A stretch of 32,122 bases of DNA from Guillardia theta CCMP2712 (Eukaryota > Protista > Cryptophyta): positions 124,631 to 156,752 of the forward strand of contig NW_005434531.1 in NCBI RefSeq assembly GCF_000315625.1, written 5' to 3'. Positions 10,073 through 21,568 of this stretch are shown here, one piece after another. The number at the start of each line of letters is the position of its first letter. Position 1 is the stretch's first letter. Made by a program: the position numbers and the translations under genes. The notes below the pieces were generated by a model. That model was not told where the DNA came from. It made no database searches and was given only the letters and a program-made list of their open reading frames with translations.

Positions 10073-12817
10073 TCATCCTTCAAAGATGAACTTCACCCTG
10101 GACTTCTCCTGTGCTCGCCGAGGCGTCAAACGTGAACTGAGAGGAATCGAGTGCATGAACTGATCGGAGACTCGATTGTGCTGCCGCAGCTCGTGTGGGT
10201 TCACTGAGATGGTCAAGGGTTGAGCATCCTTCCAGACTCTGGGCCTGGGCGTCTCGATACTTGACCGTGAAGACATGTTTCCCTCCTCCTCTGCTCCCTC
10301 GTCCTCTGAAATGCTCAGGTCGAAGTCTGCCCCGACGATGGCCGATACGTCTCGCTGGAAATTTTGGTACAAGATAGAATTTTTCTTCCTGTGGACAAAC
10401 TTTGAACATACCCACACGGATGCCATATCGAGCTCCCGTTCGCGGTCAGACTTGACGTCATTGAAGATTGGAAAATTACCGTCAAGTCTACGATTTCTCC
10501 TCAACCGAACAAAACAATGACCGATGACTCTATCTGCTCCGAATTGAAACTGATCATACACAGATATCATGAAATACAATGCAAGATGTTTGCTGAACAT
10601 TCTCTCGTTCAGACTCATGCAGCCTTTGTACACGCCTTGCTGAAAATGATGTACTTTGCTGAACACAAATCGTTCGTTCCAAATCGGGTTTGAGTTCTGG
10701 AGCACACTCGAGCAAAACTCATGTTTGAACCTTACAGACTCTCCTTGGCTTGCATTCTTATCGCCGATCTTCTGCTGTAAGATGAGCTTCAGCTCGCCGT
10801 CGTCACCAGACGATGCTTTCCGGATCATGACAAGTGAGAGTGTACAATACACAGAGGGCTCCTTGGGCCATGTCAAACGTTGAGGGATATTTTGAGCCGA
10901 GATCAAGGACATTTCGACAGCAAACATGGTTGCATTGTCATGGGATGGTGACGAGGCCTTACTTTGGAAGGCTTCTTTTTCGTTTTTGTCCGGCTCAGAC
11001 TCGTCCTTGCTCTTTCTTTTGCTGTCGTTTCTTGAATTGACAGCAATCCTCTCCAGAAACCTTCTTGCAGAATGTTCTAGTGGTCCCGACAGTTTTCCAT
11101 TCTTGAGTTTCGAGTGCTTGAAAGAAGATTTTGCGATCGTATTCTTGTTGTTGGTCCCTGCACTCGCGTGAGAGACTCTGTCTTCAGATCGCCTGCTGAC
11201 TGTCTTGGACAGAGTAGCTACATCTGCAACCTGAAAACCAATTCTCAGCCTAACAGCAGCCTCTGCATCTTCAGTTGTGTTGAGAACAGGCTCGTGCTTG
11301 TGCTTGAAAAGAGGAAACCAGTCATCGATCGGGTTGCCGGGACGAACCTCTATCACGCACTTGCCGAGTAGAGGGGGACTTCCAAACTTTGCTCGCTCAT
11401 GCACACTGAGAAGGAGAAGGACGTTCTGCCCGTCAAGTGGCGAGTTGTTCACCGTCGACATGATTGTTCGTTGTGATTCGTCGTCCCTGACCACAACGAA
11501 GCTGGGTCTCTTCTCCACCAGCACGTGGGTCTCGTTCCAGACAGGAAACAAGCCTCGGACCTGCCTCGTGATTGCTTGCGGTCTGATCTTGAACGGGCCG
11601 TTGGCTTGGAATGAGTTCATACTCAGTGAGTCTTGACACTCAATACCGTGCTCCAGCTCCAGCTCTTCTTCCTCCGTCTTGTCCGCAAACAGCAACGAGA
11701 CCGCGCAGAACGTCTGAGGGATCAGACCAAAGACTTGGGAGTTTGGGAAGTTCCTGCCCTCGACCACTTGCAGGTCGAACGCATAGGCCGTCTGATCCTC
11801 GTGGTCGGATGGCAGCGATAGCACTTCATCCTCTTCCTCCACTGAGATGTCTGGCGAAAGCGTCGCCTGCTCCTCCTCTGCCGGCTGATCGAAGTGAACG
11901 TGAGCGAGTCCATGAGAGAGTTGGGCAGAGGTCAGTCGTCCATGAAGATGGTCAACGCTCGAGACTCGGGAGATGTCGGGAGAGGGCGGAGAGGCAGCGG
12001 CATCGAAGTCGTCGTCCTGCTGGCCTATGGGGGAGGTGTGGGATGGCGAGCCAGGAGAGCATCTGACGGCGTATCTCAACATCTTCCAGTGAGTCTTCGC
12101 TGCTGCATCTTCGTTGATCAGCCTTAACAACTCAAACTCGAGCTCACGGCTTGTCTGCTCGGACCAGTGCCTTCTAGGATGAAACCTTACCGTCGCCTTG
12201 AGCGCCTGCGCGTCGAACCCGACATCGACTCTTTTCCTATCTACCTGCAACGCATCCTGGACCTCATCCTGCAGAGCCCTTGGCACTATGTGGTCCTTGA
12301 AGTCCGAGATGTGATGGGAGAAAGAGACTGTGAGCATGTGTTCTGCCTCGGACTGCTGCAGGAGGGTGAGGGGAGGGCAGCCAAGGAAGTCAACGGCCGA
12401 CTAACCTCGCTCATCTCCGAGGGACTGGAGGTCGAAGACACTTGAAAGATATCTTCTGTGTGCGGGGACTCTGCCTCGTCCTCTTCCATCGCCTACAGAG
12501 TGTGAGGGCGTGCAGGGAGAAAGCACATGAAACCTGTTGCCGCAGGTCCACCTGAATGGTTTGCATGCTGTCCTTGCTTTCCTACAGGAGATGTTTGATC
12601 GTTGACGATAGAGACAGTAAGAGAAAGATAGAACCTTCCTTGACTCCCTCGTGCCTTCAATGACTTGTTTCCCTGGGACTTGGTATCCGATAGCTATAAG
12701 CTCCCTCTCCTGCGCTCTCTCCTGCGCCTGCTCCTGCTCCTTCCTTTCCTTGTCCTCTTGCATCTTTCTGCGCATCTGCGCCCTTTGTAGCGCCAGCTCT
12801 GAGACGCTCGTGAACAT
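10073..12817 (-). CDS. Protein with two C2 domains (4 exons; large last exon contains the 754-aa ORF)
   Basis: C2 signatures FDLQVVEGRNFP...PVWNETHVL and FAVEMSLISAQNIP...NPIWNERFVF. Three short GT-AG introns link the upstream exons in frame from the ATG at 12817 (MFTSVSELALQRAQ...). The start codon is uncertain. Confidence 0.8.
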
Positions 12818-13122
12818 CCTTTCTTTCCTCTTGCCGAAGGAAAGAATCCTCAGGGATGTTGGAGATGACGAGGGAACAACGTTCAAGCAGGGAAAGGCGT
12901 TGTCTTCACTGTCTTATACTCATGGCTCCGATCTTGCTGCTTCCCCGTTTGTATCCTCAAACTTCCTTCCTCCTCCTCCTCCTTCTCCTCCCTCTGCCTC
13001 CATCGTGTCTAACCACTCCCTGGTGCGCACAATTGAAAAATTCAACACCCGCAATGCAGCCGTTATTAGGGCCGGGCAGGAGGATGCGGTATGTGGCAGC
13101 AGTGCGGTCGAGTGTCGATCAT

Positions 13123-13245
13123 GGGGAGGGAGAGGGGAGAGGGAGGGAGGGAGAGGGAGGGGGGGAGAGGGAGGGAGGGAGGGAGGGAGGGAGGGAGAGA
13201 GGGAGAGAGAGGGAGGGAGGGAGGGAGGGAGGGAGGGAGGAGAGG
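13123..13245. repeat. (GGGA)n polypurine tract, potential G-quadruplex/triplex
   Basis: About 120 bp of GGGA/GGGAGA units upstream of the C2 gene start. Confidence 0.85.
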
Positions 13246-13759
13246 TGACGTGAAAGGAACGACAAGTGATGTGTGGGGATTTGATGTCGGCACGAGTAAG
13301 ATAAGATGTGTGAAGTACTATGCGAAATTTGATGGAAATAGAGAGAGACGAACTAAGAAAGAGAGAAAGAGGAAAGAGAACTTGGGGAGATTGAGAGGCG
13401 GGGAGTAACGAGAGAACAGGGAGGAGACAAGATGAGAAGAGGGGAGGAGGTTCGAAGTTTTACTTCACATGTAGCAAGCAAGAGAAAGACATCAAGTGAA
13501 AGTGAGAGAGTTCCAAGATGGAATGCAATCATTTCGCTCACGCGCTGAAGAGGCTCGAACAGCATTAGCTACAAGAGAGGTTTCGCAGGCAGACATGCAT
13601 CGCTATAGTACATCTCCCGCTGAAGGCGCAGGATACTCCTCCATCGAGGAGGATGAAACTTTCGTTCCTCTTGGAAGTCGACTTGTTTCTGCAAAGAGAT
13701 CGCCATCCATGCCTCCCAGGCTGAGGAGACTGCGGAGGACGAGGACGAGGTTGAGAACA

Positions 13760-14985
13760 TTAGTAGTCAGACTTCTTGCCGGTGTCCTCCCCAAGAATCT
13801 GCAACAAGACTGTTAGAAATAAAGGGAGGGAGGACGAGGAGCTCTTACGAATTGTTTCGATCTGCCGATGCATCTGAGTTCACACGTGTATCAGCAAACA
13901 CTGCTTCCTATCAAGATTCATCTTTTACCTCATCATTGTCCGACGGCACTCGCCACACGTTAACCTCAAGGTCACTTTCTTGGTCACCTGTCCGCCCCAC
14001 CGTCAGCTCACGCACCAGCCAGCCTCTCACTCGCACGTACCTTGGCCTTCTTGTGGAAGATTGGTTTCTTCTGTCCTCCGAACCCTTGCATCTTGCGATC
14101 GTACCTTCGCTTTCCCTACACACGTACCTTTCACGTGACGCCTCTTCCTCCATCATGGCAACAGACCTGCGCTACAAGAGAAGCTGCGCCAGCCTTGTAC
14201 TGTGACACCTGAAGCTGCTCCATCATCGAGGAAGGCGAAGAAGAACAAGAAAGACCTTGTGCGTTTGATGCATGTTGCAATGGTTGCAATGACTGTGCAC
14301 AACAAAAGCTAGTGAGTCATGACATGCTGATCCCCTCCTCTGATGCCATGCTCTCCTCCTGATCCTCCACGGCAATCTCCACGGCAGCAGACTCATCCCT
14401 TCTTGTCTGTGCATTGCCCCCCACCCCAACTCCACCATCCTCACTTCTCAACGAAAATTTGTCTCTGCACATTCACTCACGTTCTCATTGTCTTCGGGCA
14501 TGAAACCATGGCGAGCAAGTTGGAGCCGCCGGAAAAGAGACCATCGCTGAGGAGAAGCATGAAGATGTCAGCTATGCATCCAAGAGCATGGACGGAAACC
14601 CACCTGGTTGCATGGCAATCGCAAAGGCAAGTCGTCTCATCACAGCCACCAGCAACGTCGGATTGAAACAAGATCCCCTGCAGGAGCCTTTGAGCGCATG
14701 TCGAACCAAGAAACATGAAGGATGAAGCCCCCTCTCATGCTCAACCATCGCTAAGACCTCTCATCGTGCCTAGTAGCCCCCAACTCTCTGCAACGCGCCA
14801 CTCACCTCGGCGTGCTCGGGCGATCCTTCGGCAGAGGAGCGCAGGGGCCGTGCTCCTAGAGAGCAGGAGAAGGGCCCAAGAGCAGGAAGGAAGGAGGAGG
14901 AGGCGAGAGAGGAGGAGGAGAGGAGCAGGAGCAGGAGCAGGAGATGTGCATCCCCGAGCACTGCCATCATGCGCGGCCGCACCAT
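13760..14985 (-). CDS. RPL36A: 60S ribosomal protein eL42 (L36a/L44) with N-terminal bipartite presequence; 9 exons
   Basis: Exons 14985-14806, 14677-14604, 14546-14481, 14292-14256, 14208-14167, 14115-14041, 13987-13929, 13873-13849, 13798-13760, all GT-AG and in phase. Mature part from the Met at 14509: [101 protein letters not shown]. The eL42 identity is secure; the presequence exons are less certain. Confidence 0.92.
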
Positions 14986-15059
14986 GGTTGTGGAAAGGGA
15001 TAGGTGGGTGGTGAGTCACTGAAGGGGTACACAGAACATACAAAGTTGGGGGTGCAGGG

Positions 15060-15375
15060 GGTGGTCAAAAAGTTTTGAGCCCAAACTTCTGAACTTTCTA
15101 ACTTCTGAACTTCTTAAGGCTCAGAAGTTTGAGTCACTGTCAGTCACTGCCTAGGCTAACTCTCCGAGGCTCCGGGAGTCCGGGCCGGTTCTGCGCCCGG
15201 CCCGCAGCCGGGGGGGGACGTGACTGCGGGGGCGGGGTGAGGGGCTGGCCCGGCTGGACTGAGTAACGGTCCGGGGCTCCGACTGCACAGCCTGACAGTC
15301 TCAAAGTGACTCGGTGGCCAACCCCCCGCGACAGTTCTCCGAGCGCAGTCACGGCGACAGTCGGATCCTTTGGGG
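15060..15375. promoter_or_regulatory. GC-rich intergenic island 2, upstream of the eL42 gene
   Basis: Inverted repeat CAAACTTCTGA/TCAGAAGTTTG (15082-15131), TGAGTCA at 15130 (another at 15012), then a CCGG-rich block. Confidence 0.45.
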
Positions 15376-15449
15376 GACAGGTAAATGACTTTCACTTGTT
15401 TCTAAGAGGATCTTCATCTCATCAGTTCAACAAGCCCTCACATGAGCGA

Positions 15450-18400
15450 CTACCCGATGGGTTCGGACAGAGCAGCGTAGATGTCGAAGAAGGAGATGAG
15501 GTCTCGCTCGTACATGCTGTGAAGCTCCTCGCTCAGCTCCTCCACCTGCCTCATCAGCTCCCTCGTCTCCTCCTCCTCCTTCGCTGCCTGCGCCGCCGTC
15601 GCTGCAGCCTCCTCCTCCTCCTTCGCGGCTCTGGCCGCGGCCTCCTCCTCCTCCTCCTTTCGTCTGGATGCTTCTTCTTCCTCTGCCCTCCTGGCCTCCT
15701 CCTCCGCATCAGTCTCAGGAGGTGCGTCCTCCTCGCTCTTCCCAGCTGCCTCCACCTGCACCTCTGCCAGCGCCTCTCCTTGCTGCGAAGTTGTGGATGA
15801 GCAGGGGGAGGGAAGAAAAGTTTACAGGTGTCACCTGATCCTCTTGATCGTTCTTTGGGGTAGCGGGTTCCTGCTCCTGCTCCTTGGGTTGTCCATCTTC
15901 ATCGCGTCCTGTCCTTTGGTTAGTCGCAACTTTCTGGATAGAGGACAGAGAGGAGAGAGAGGAGAAGAGGTGGACGACTTTGTGAGAGGAAGGAAAAGAG
16001 GAAGAGGAGGAAGAGGAAGAGGAGGAAGAGGAAGAGGAGGAAGAGGAAGAGGAGGAAGAGGAGGAAGAGGAAGAGGAGGAAGAGGAAGAGGAAGAGGAGG
16101 AAGAGGAAGAGGAAGAGGAGGAAGAGGAAGAGGAGGAAGAGGAAGAGGAAGAGGAAGAGGAGGAAGAGGAAGAGGAGGAAGAGGAAGAGGAGGAAGAGGA
16201 AGAGGAGGAAGAGGAGGAAGAGGAAGAGGAGGAAGAGGAAGAGGAGGAAGAGGAAGAGGAAGAGGAGGAAGAGGAAGAGGAAGAGGAGGAAGAGGAAGAG
16301 GAAGAGGAGGAAGAGGAAGAGGAGGAAGAGGAAGAGGAAGAGGAGGAAGAGGAAGAGGAAGAGGAGGAAGAGGAAGAGGAAGAGGAAGAGGAAGAGGAAG
16401 AGGAAGAGGAGGAAGAGGAAGAGGAAGAGGAAGAGGAGGAAGAGGAAGAGGAAGAAGAGGAAGAGGAAGAGGAAGAGGAGGAAGAGGAAGAGGACAGTNN
16501 NNNNNNNNNNNNNNNNNNNNNNNNNNNNNNNNNNNNNNNNNNNNNNNNNNNNNNNNNNNNNNNNNNNNNNNNNNNNNNNNNNNNNNNNNNNNNNNNNNGG
16601 AGGAGGAGGAGGAGGAGGATGAATGACCTGGGATGCATTGGAGGCCTGCGGAGGGTCAGAGGAGCTGGAGGGGAATGGAAACGAGTCACCTTAGAAGCCT
16701 TGGAGATGTTTGACAACTTTGACGCTTGCGAGGACACAGACTCCTGAGAACCCGTCAAATACAACTCTCCTGCTCCTCCTGCTCCTCCTGCTCCTCCTGT
16801 ATCCATCGCGCTCCTCCACTTCCTTCTCTGACCTTATCCTCCTTTCTCCCCGACTTGTTCCCCTGTCTCGTTCTACCACCGCACCCTCCTTCCTCCTCCA
16901 CCTCCCCTCTGCTACTGCCTTGCCCTCTCCCTCCTCTCACCGATACGGATGCCCTGCTCTGAGAGCGCAACTCATCGAAGTCCTCCAGCATCTCCTTCTC
17001 TTCCTCCTCCCGTCTCTCCTCCTCCTCGCGTGCATCTGCGTTGTCGAACAGCTCCACCATCCTCCTCCTCGCTGCGTTTCTTGCTCCGTGTCCTCTGAAC
17101 ACTCGCTGGATCGTCATCGCAGCCTGCCAGCGCCCGTCATACCTGCTACATGCTCCTTCCAACCCTACCTGCTCCTCTTCTGGGGTGGACTGCTCCTCCT
17201 CCTCTTCCTGCTGGAACAAGCATCAGTATCCCTCTCCTCTCCTCTCCTCTCCTCTCCCCCTCCCCAATTTCTCCCTCTCCTCCCCGTTTGTTTCCTGCCT
17301 CCTCCTCCTCTTCTCCTCCTCCTCCTCCTCCTGCTGCTTCTGTTCTCCTCCTCCTCCTCCTGCTCTGTTCTCCTCCTCCTCCTGTTCTCCTGTTCCTCCT
17401 CCTGCTTCTGTTCTCCTGCTCCTCCTCCATACCGGCATTGAATCCAGGAGCTCTTGCAAGTAGACCTGCACCCTCCCCCGCTCCCTGTGTCCTCTCCACA
17501 CCCTCTGCACCGTCATCGCTGAGAAATGCATCGCTCGGCTGCTCGTGACCGCGTACCGGCTCCTCACCTCCTCCTCCTCCTCCTCCCGCGGCATCTTCTT
17601 CACTTCCTTCCTTGCCGCATGGCCCCGCATGACCCTCTGCAGGCAGACAGCAGCTTCGTGCTCCTCTGCCCTCCTCACCAGCTCCTTCCTCGCCCGATGC
17701 CCACGGAAAACTTTCTGCACCCTCAGCGCCGCTGCGCTGGCGCCCACGTCCATAGTGAGGAGGCGGTACCTCCTCCTCCCCCGATGACCATGGAAGACTC
17801 GTTGGATCTGAATGGCGGCAAACTCCTCCGCCAGGCTCTGCCGCAGCCTCGCTCGCTCCATGTGCCCTCGGTACGTCGCCTGCAGCCGCAGGGCCGACCG
17901 CGTCTGGCGGATCAGGAGGAAGCCTTGCCTCCTCCCCACGTGGCCCCTGTACACTGACTGCAGCTTCTGCGCACACGCCTCCTCCCACTCCAGCAGCCTC
18001 ATCATCGCTACCACCTGCCGGTGGTGGACGGCGAACCTCCTCGATATGTGCCCCCTGTAGACAGCCTGCAGCCGGTTGGCCGCGTGCTGCCTGCGAACGA
18101 CGAGCATGTCGAGCCTCGAGATGTGCCCTCGGTAGACGGACTGGATCTTACACGCAAGGAAGTTCATCCTTCTGAACCTCGTCAGCTCTCGCCCCCAGTG
18201 TCCTCGGAGGACGGACTGGATCCTCATAGCCGCTTCGAACTCGATCTCCGACATCTGAAGCTCCCGCTCAGCGTTCGCCTCCAGTCGAGCCAGGTGGCCC
18301 CTGTACACAGCCTGCAGCTTGTTAGCTGCCATGATGATCCGATCGATCGCTCGTTGTTTCTTCTTCCCTCGATAGACGTTCCTCCCGAGATGCCCTCGGT

Positions 18401-19355
18401 AAACAGCTTGCAACTTAGTCACAGCAAACTCATCCAGCTCCAGCGCCTGGTACATCTCCTCCTCCTTCGCCATCCTCCTACCCACATGCCCGCGCCACAC
18501 GGCCTGCAGCTTCGTCGCTGATCGTCGCCTCCACTCCCTCCTCCACTCCTCTCGTCGCTTCGCGATGCTCCTCCGCACCAGATGCGCTCGGTAGGTTGCC
18601 TGGATCCTCGTCGAGCTGAACTTCTCCAGCTCCTCCCACTGCTTGATGCTCTCCTCCCGTATCTTGAGGCGAACAAGATGCCCACGGTAGACCGCCTGAA
18701 TGTCTGCAGCCGCGTCATCCAGCCTCTTCTTGCCCAGCAGCCTCCTGAAGTATCTTCTCGCGTACATGCTCCTGACCGCGCACTGCAGCAGGATTGCGGA
18801 CGAGTTCACCTTCACGGCTGCTCGGTTGTCGATGAGGATCTTCTTGAGCTTCATGAACAAGGAGCGGTAGTACTCGTCGAGAGGATGCTCCCACGAGCTC
18901 ACCCCCGACACGCTGTTGTAGTAGAACACGTTGCCGTTGGCGTCCGTGTGCTCCGACCATCCCTCTGGCAGAGCAGCACACAGCGCCTCCTCCGCGATCC
19001 ACAGCAGGTTCACGTCTCCAATAGGGTCCATGCCGATGTAGCGCGCGTAGTCGACGATCTCCTGTGCTGTTGGACCTCCCCGCTCCTGCGCATCGATAGG
19101 GCTGGAATGTTGGAAGTTCGGCATGGGAGGTGGACCCCCGCCGTGCCCCCTCACAGATCGGGTCATGTTGCTGGGGGGTCGATTGGCAGCAGCAGGGTCC
19201 CTTCCCCCATGTGCGATGATGCTAGACACCCTCTCGTCCACGACCGAACCTATCATCCCTTTACCCATGGACGTAGCGCCGAATGTCGGATTCGAAATCG
19301 ATTGTCCTAGACTTTGCCTGTTCGTCATGGCGCCGCCTCCGTTCGTTCTCATCAT
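15450..19355 (-). CDS. CEP164-type N-terminal WW domain + about 16 IQ calmodulin-binding motifs + acidic coiled-coil tail (multi-exon)
   Basis: EIVDYARYIGMDP...LLWIAEEALCAALPEGWSEHTDANGNVFYYNSVSGVSSWEHPLDEYY, followed by repeated [IL]QxxYRGHxxR. Exon 1 is 19355-17433; further in-frame exons lie at about 17210-16945, 16745-16690, 15935-15835 and 15782-15450. The 3' end is uncertain and one intron contains the assembly gap. Confidence 0.85.
15984..16494. repeat. About 510-bp uninterrupted polypurine (GAG/GAA)n tract, intronic
   Basis: Only A and G on the + strand, made of mixed GGAAGA and GGAGGAAGA units; it abuts the scaffold gap. Confidence 0.95.
16499..16598. other. Assembly gap (100 N, probably unknown size)
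   Basis: Exactly 100 N. Confidence 0.99.
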
Positions 19356-21166
19356 CTTTGCGGTTGTGGAAGCTGTTGTTGTTGCGTACTTACGATAAAT
19401 GTCGGTGATCTGTCAAGTCCTGATATTCCAACTTAGGTTTGTTGTACTCAGCCTTCTGAGTTGAGTCTAGCAGTCCCAAGGACGCAACGAGCAGCAGGCT
19501 GCCTAGCAGTGAAGCGTCTCAGCTCTTCCCTGATCCTGCTGTGGCGGCTCCCACTCTTTCTCCGATGTGCCTCCTCCTCCTCCTCCTCGCATCAGCTAGA
19601 CGGCACGTTGACCGCTGGCAGGCCGTTGGCAGTTGACTAATCAGAAATTTCCGTTAAAAACCGTTGTTTTTCTTTCTCACCGGTGCTTGCTTGCTCCAAA
19701 CTACCGGTTCTTGAATTTCCTGGATCAAAGTTCAAAGGTTTCAAAATTATGCTACTTAAATTCAAGATTAATCTGTGAAAATTTGTATTTTATCTGTTTC
19801 CAACCCTAGTTTCACTCCACCCGTACTTCCTCCCATTAGTACCCCCTTCTTTCCCCGCCTTGACACTCCATTATAACCCCCCCTGCACTCCCGTAACTCC
19901 GAAAATCCTGCCATCACGTGCAGCCATGGCACGACGGCGAAGCTGCAACATGCCATGACCGCGATGATCGGTTTGATGGAGCGATCTAACGAACTCTCTG
20001 CCATGGGAGCTACATGGCACGACAGGATGAGTTAGGTCGCTGCATGTCCTCTAGGACTGGCTCGGGGGAATGACTGTTATCGCCTCCATCACCTCGATCA
20101 GTTCAAGCTCTCAAGCAGCCTGGCTGGTGGGGCCGTTCGAGAAACGCAAACTTGGTCAGTCAGTACTTTCAACAAACGTCATCGAGGCATAATGCACATA
20201 GAGAAGCTTCCGCCTGCATGAAGGTTTGTATCCCACCCCCCTGCGTCTTTTTATGTTTTGTGTCCTCCGACCATGGACTACAAACTTGGGTGTTGAGAAA
20301 CGGCAATTCGTTGCTGAATATGTTCTACACCTATGAAATACCATGGAAGAATAAGTTATTGTTCACTTTGGGTGCATGGATTGAGTTCGGACCGCTGTTC
20401 TCATGTCCGGTGAAAATTCATGCAATGGTGAACGGTACATGATATATATGTTTTATGATCTCTTCTCCTCCCCCATTCTACTTCGAATCCTTGCTTTTGC
20501 CTGACATTCGCTTTCCCAGATTCATCTACTGGATCGACCTCTTAATCCTGTTCATCCCATGTTATTGAGAAACTCGATCTGGGAGCTCTCAGCCTGTCAC
20601 GAGAGATTCTCTTATCATGGATTCGGCTCTTCTTTGCCAGAATGTTCTGATTGCCGAGATCAACCATTATCGAGATCAGCTCACACCATTGTAAATAACT
20701 GTCGCTTTTGTAAATGATTGTCATCGTTCACATCTTGTTTCCTTGTGACGTTCGAATTCTTTCCATGTAAATCTGCGTATTCTTTCATGTAGCTTTTGTA
20801 GAATAGATTGAAAATTCATTGCAATAAACTATACAGTTTCCAACAAAATTGATTATCACCATCATATGTTCACTTGATCTAAAATTTCCCGAAGGCTGCA
20901 GGGGGGAGCATTGAATTCGACTGCATATCAACTGCATGGCCTTTACACGAAGCTGCCGGATACCTGATTGCAAACAAGTTAGCAAACATCAAAGCTTATC
21001 ATCGTGAAGTTGCTGGATTATGTGAAAACCAAACCAAGAATCTTCTTCATGATAAGATGATAGAGATATCCTCGTAGGCACCCATTTATCGGACCACACG
21101 CACAACAACAGAGAGCAGGGCAATTGTTGCAGACGTCGAATCAAACATGCAGAGGATGGGAATGAC

Positions 21167-21568
21167 TCACGGGTAGGAACAGTCGACTCTCTTGCCAAAT
21201 TTGGTGTTGGAGCTGTAGTCGTTGAGAATCTCAGCCCTTAACTTCTTCATCTGCTCGGCAATCTTTGCCTTCTGAGCATCTGTAAGGACCTTTCTCTTGC
21301 GTCCTTTGGTAGCTTCACCACTCAAATCAGTGTTGGTATCTAAGAAGGTGTTGCTGTGCAAGTTGCTTCCATCATGACGAGCTCGTGCCTTTTGGAACTT
21401 GGAGAGGAACCTGTGCTTGATGAGGGGGTCGGTGACATCTTCAACCAGTCCAGTCGATGCTTCTCGATGACTCGACCATAAGATCATCAGCAGAGCAGCT
21501 ATCATCATCACCAGTCCTGTCATAGCCGCCGCCGCTGCTGCCGCTCGATGTCTCCCCGACATCGACAT
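21167..21568 (-). CDS. Hypothetical single-pass membrane protein (possibly only the first exon)
   Basis: ATG-initiated 133-aa ORF with an N-terminal hydrophobic segment (MTGLVMMIAALLMILW) and a Lys-rich helix. The stop coincides with a GTGAGT donor-like site. No family recognised. Confidence 0.5.
   Translation of the reverse strand: MSMSGRHRAAAAAAAMTGLVMMIAALLMILWSSHREASTGLVEDVTDPLIKHRFLSKFQKARARHDGSNLHSNTFLDTNTDLSGEATKGRKRKVLTDAQKAKIAEQMKKLRAEILNDYSSNTKFGKRVDCSYP

Noticed and set aside
13496-13816. 106-aa plus-strand ORF overlapping the eL42 3' end
   Set aside because: GTG start, no recognisable domain, and antisense to the last eL42 exon and its UTR.
14041-14115. Cycloheximide-resistance allele of eL42
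   Set aside because: The Pro in GGQxKP (the yeast P56Q resistance site) is retained.
15715-16806. Poly-Ser (363 aa) and Gly-Arg (277 aa) ORFs
   Set aside because: Products of the intronic polypurine tract and the N gap.
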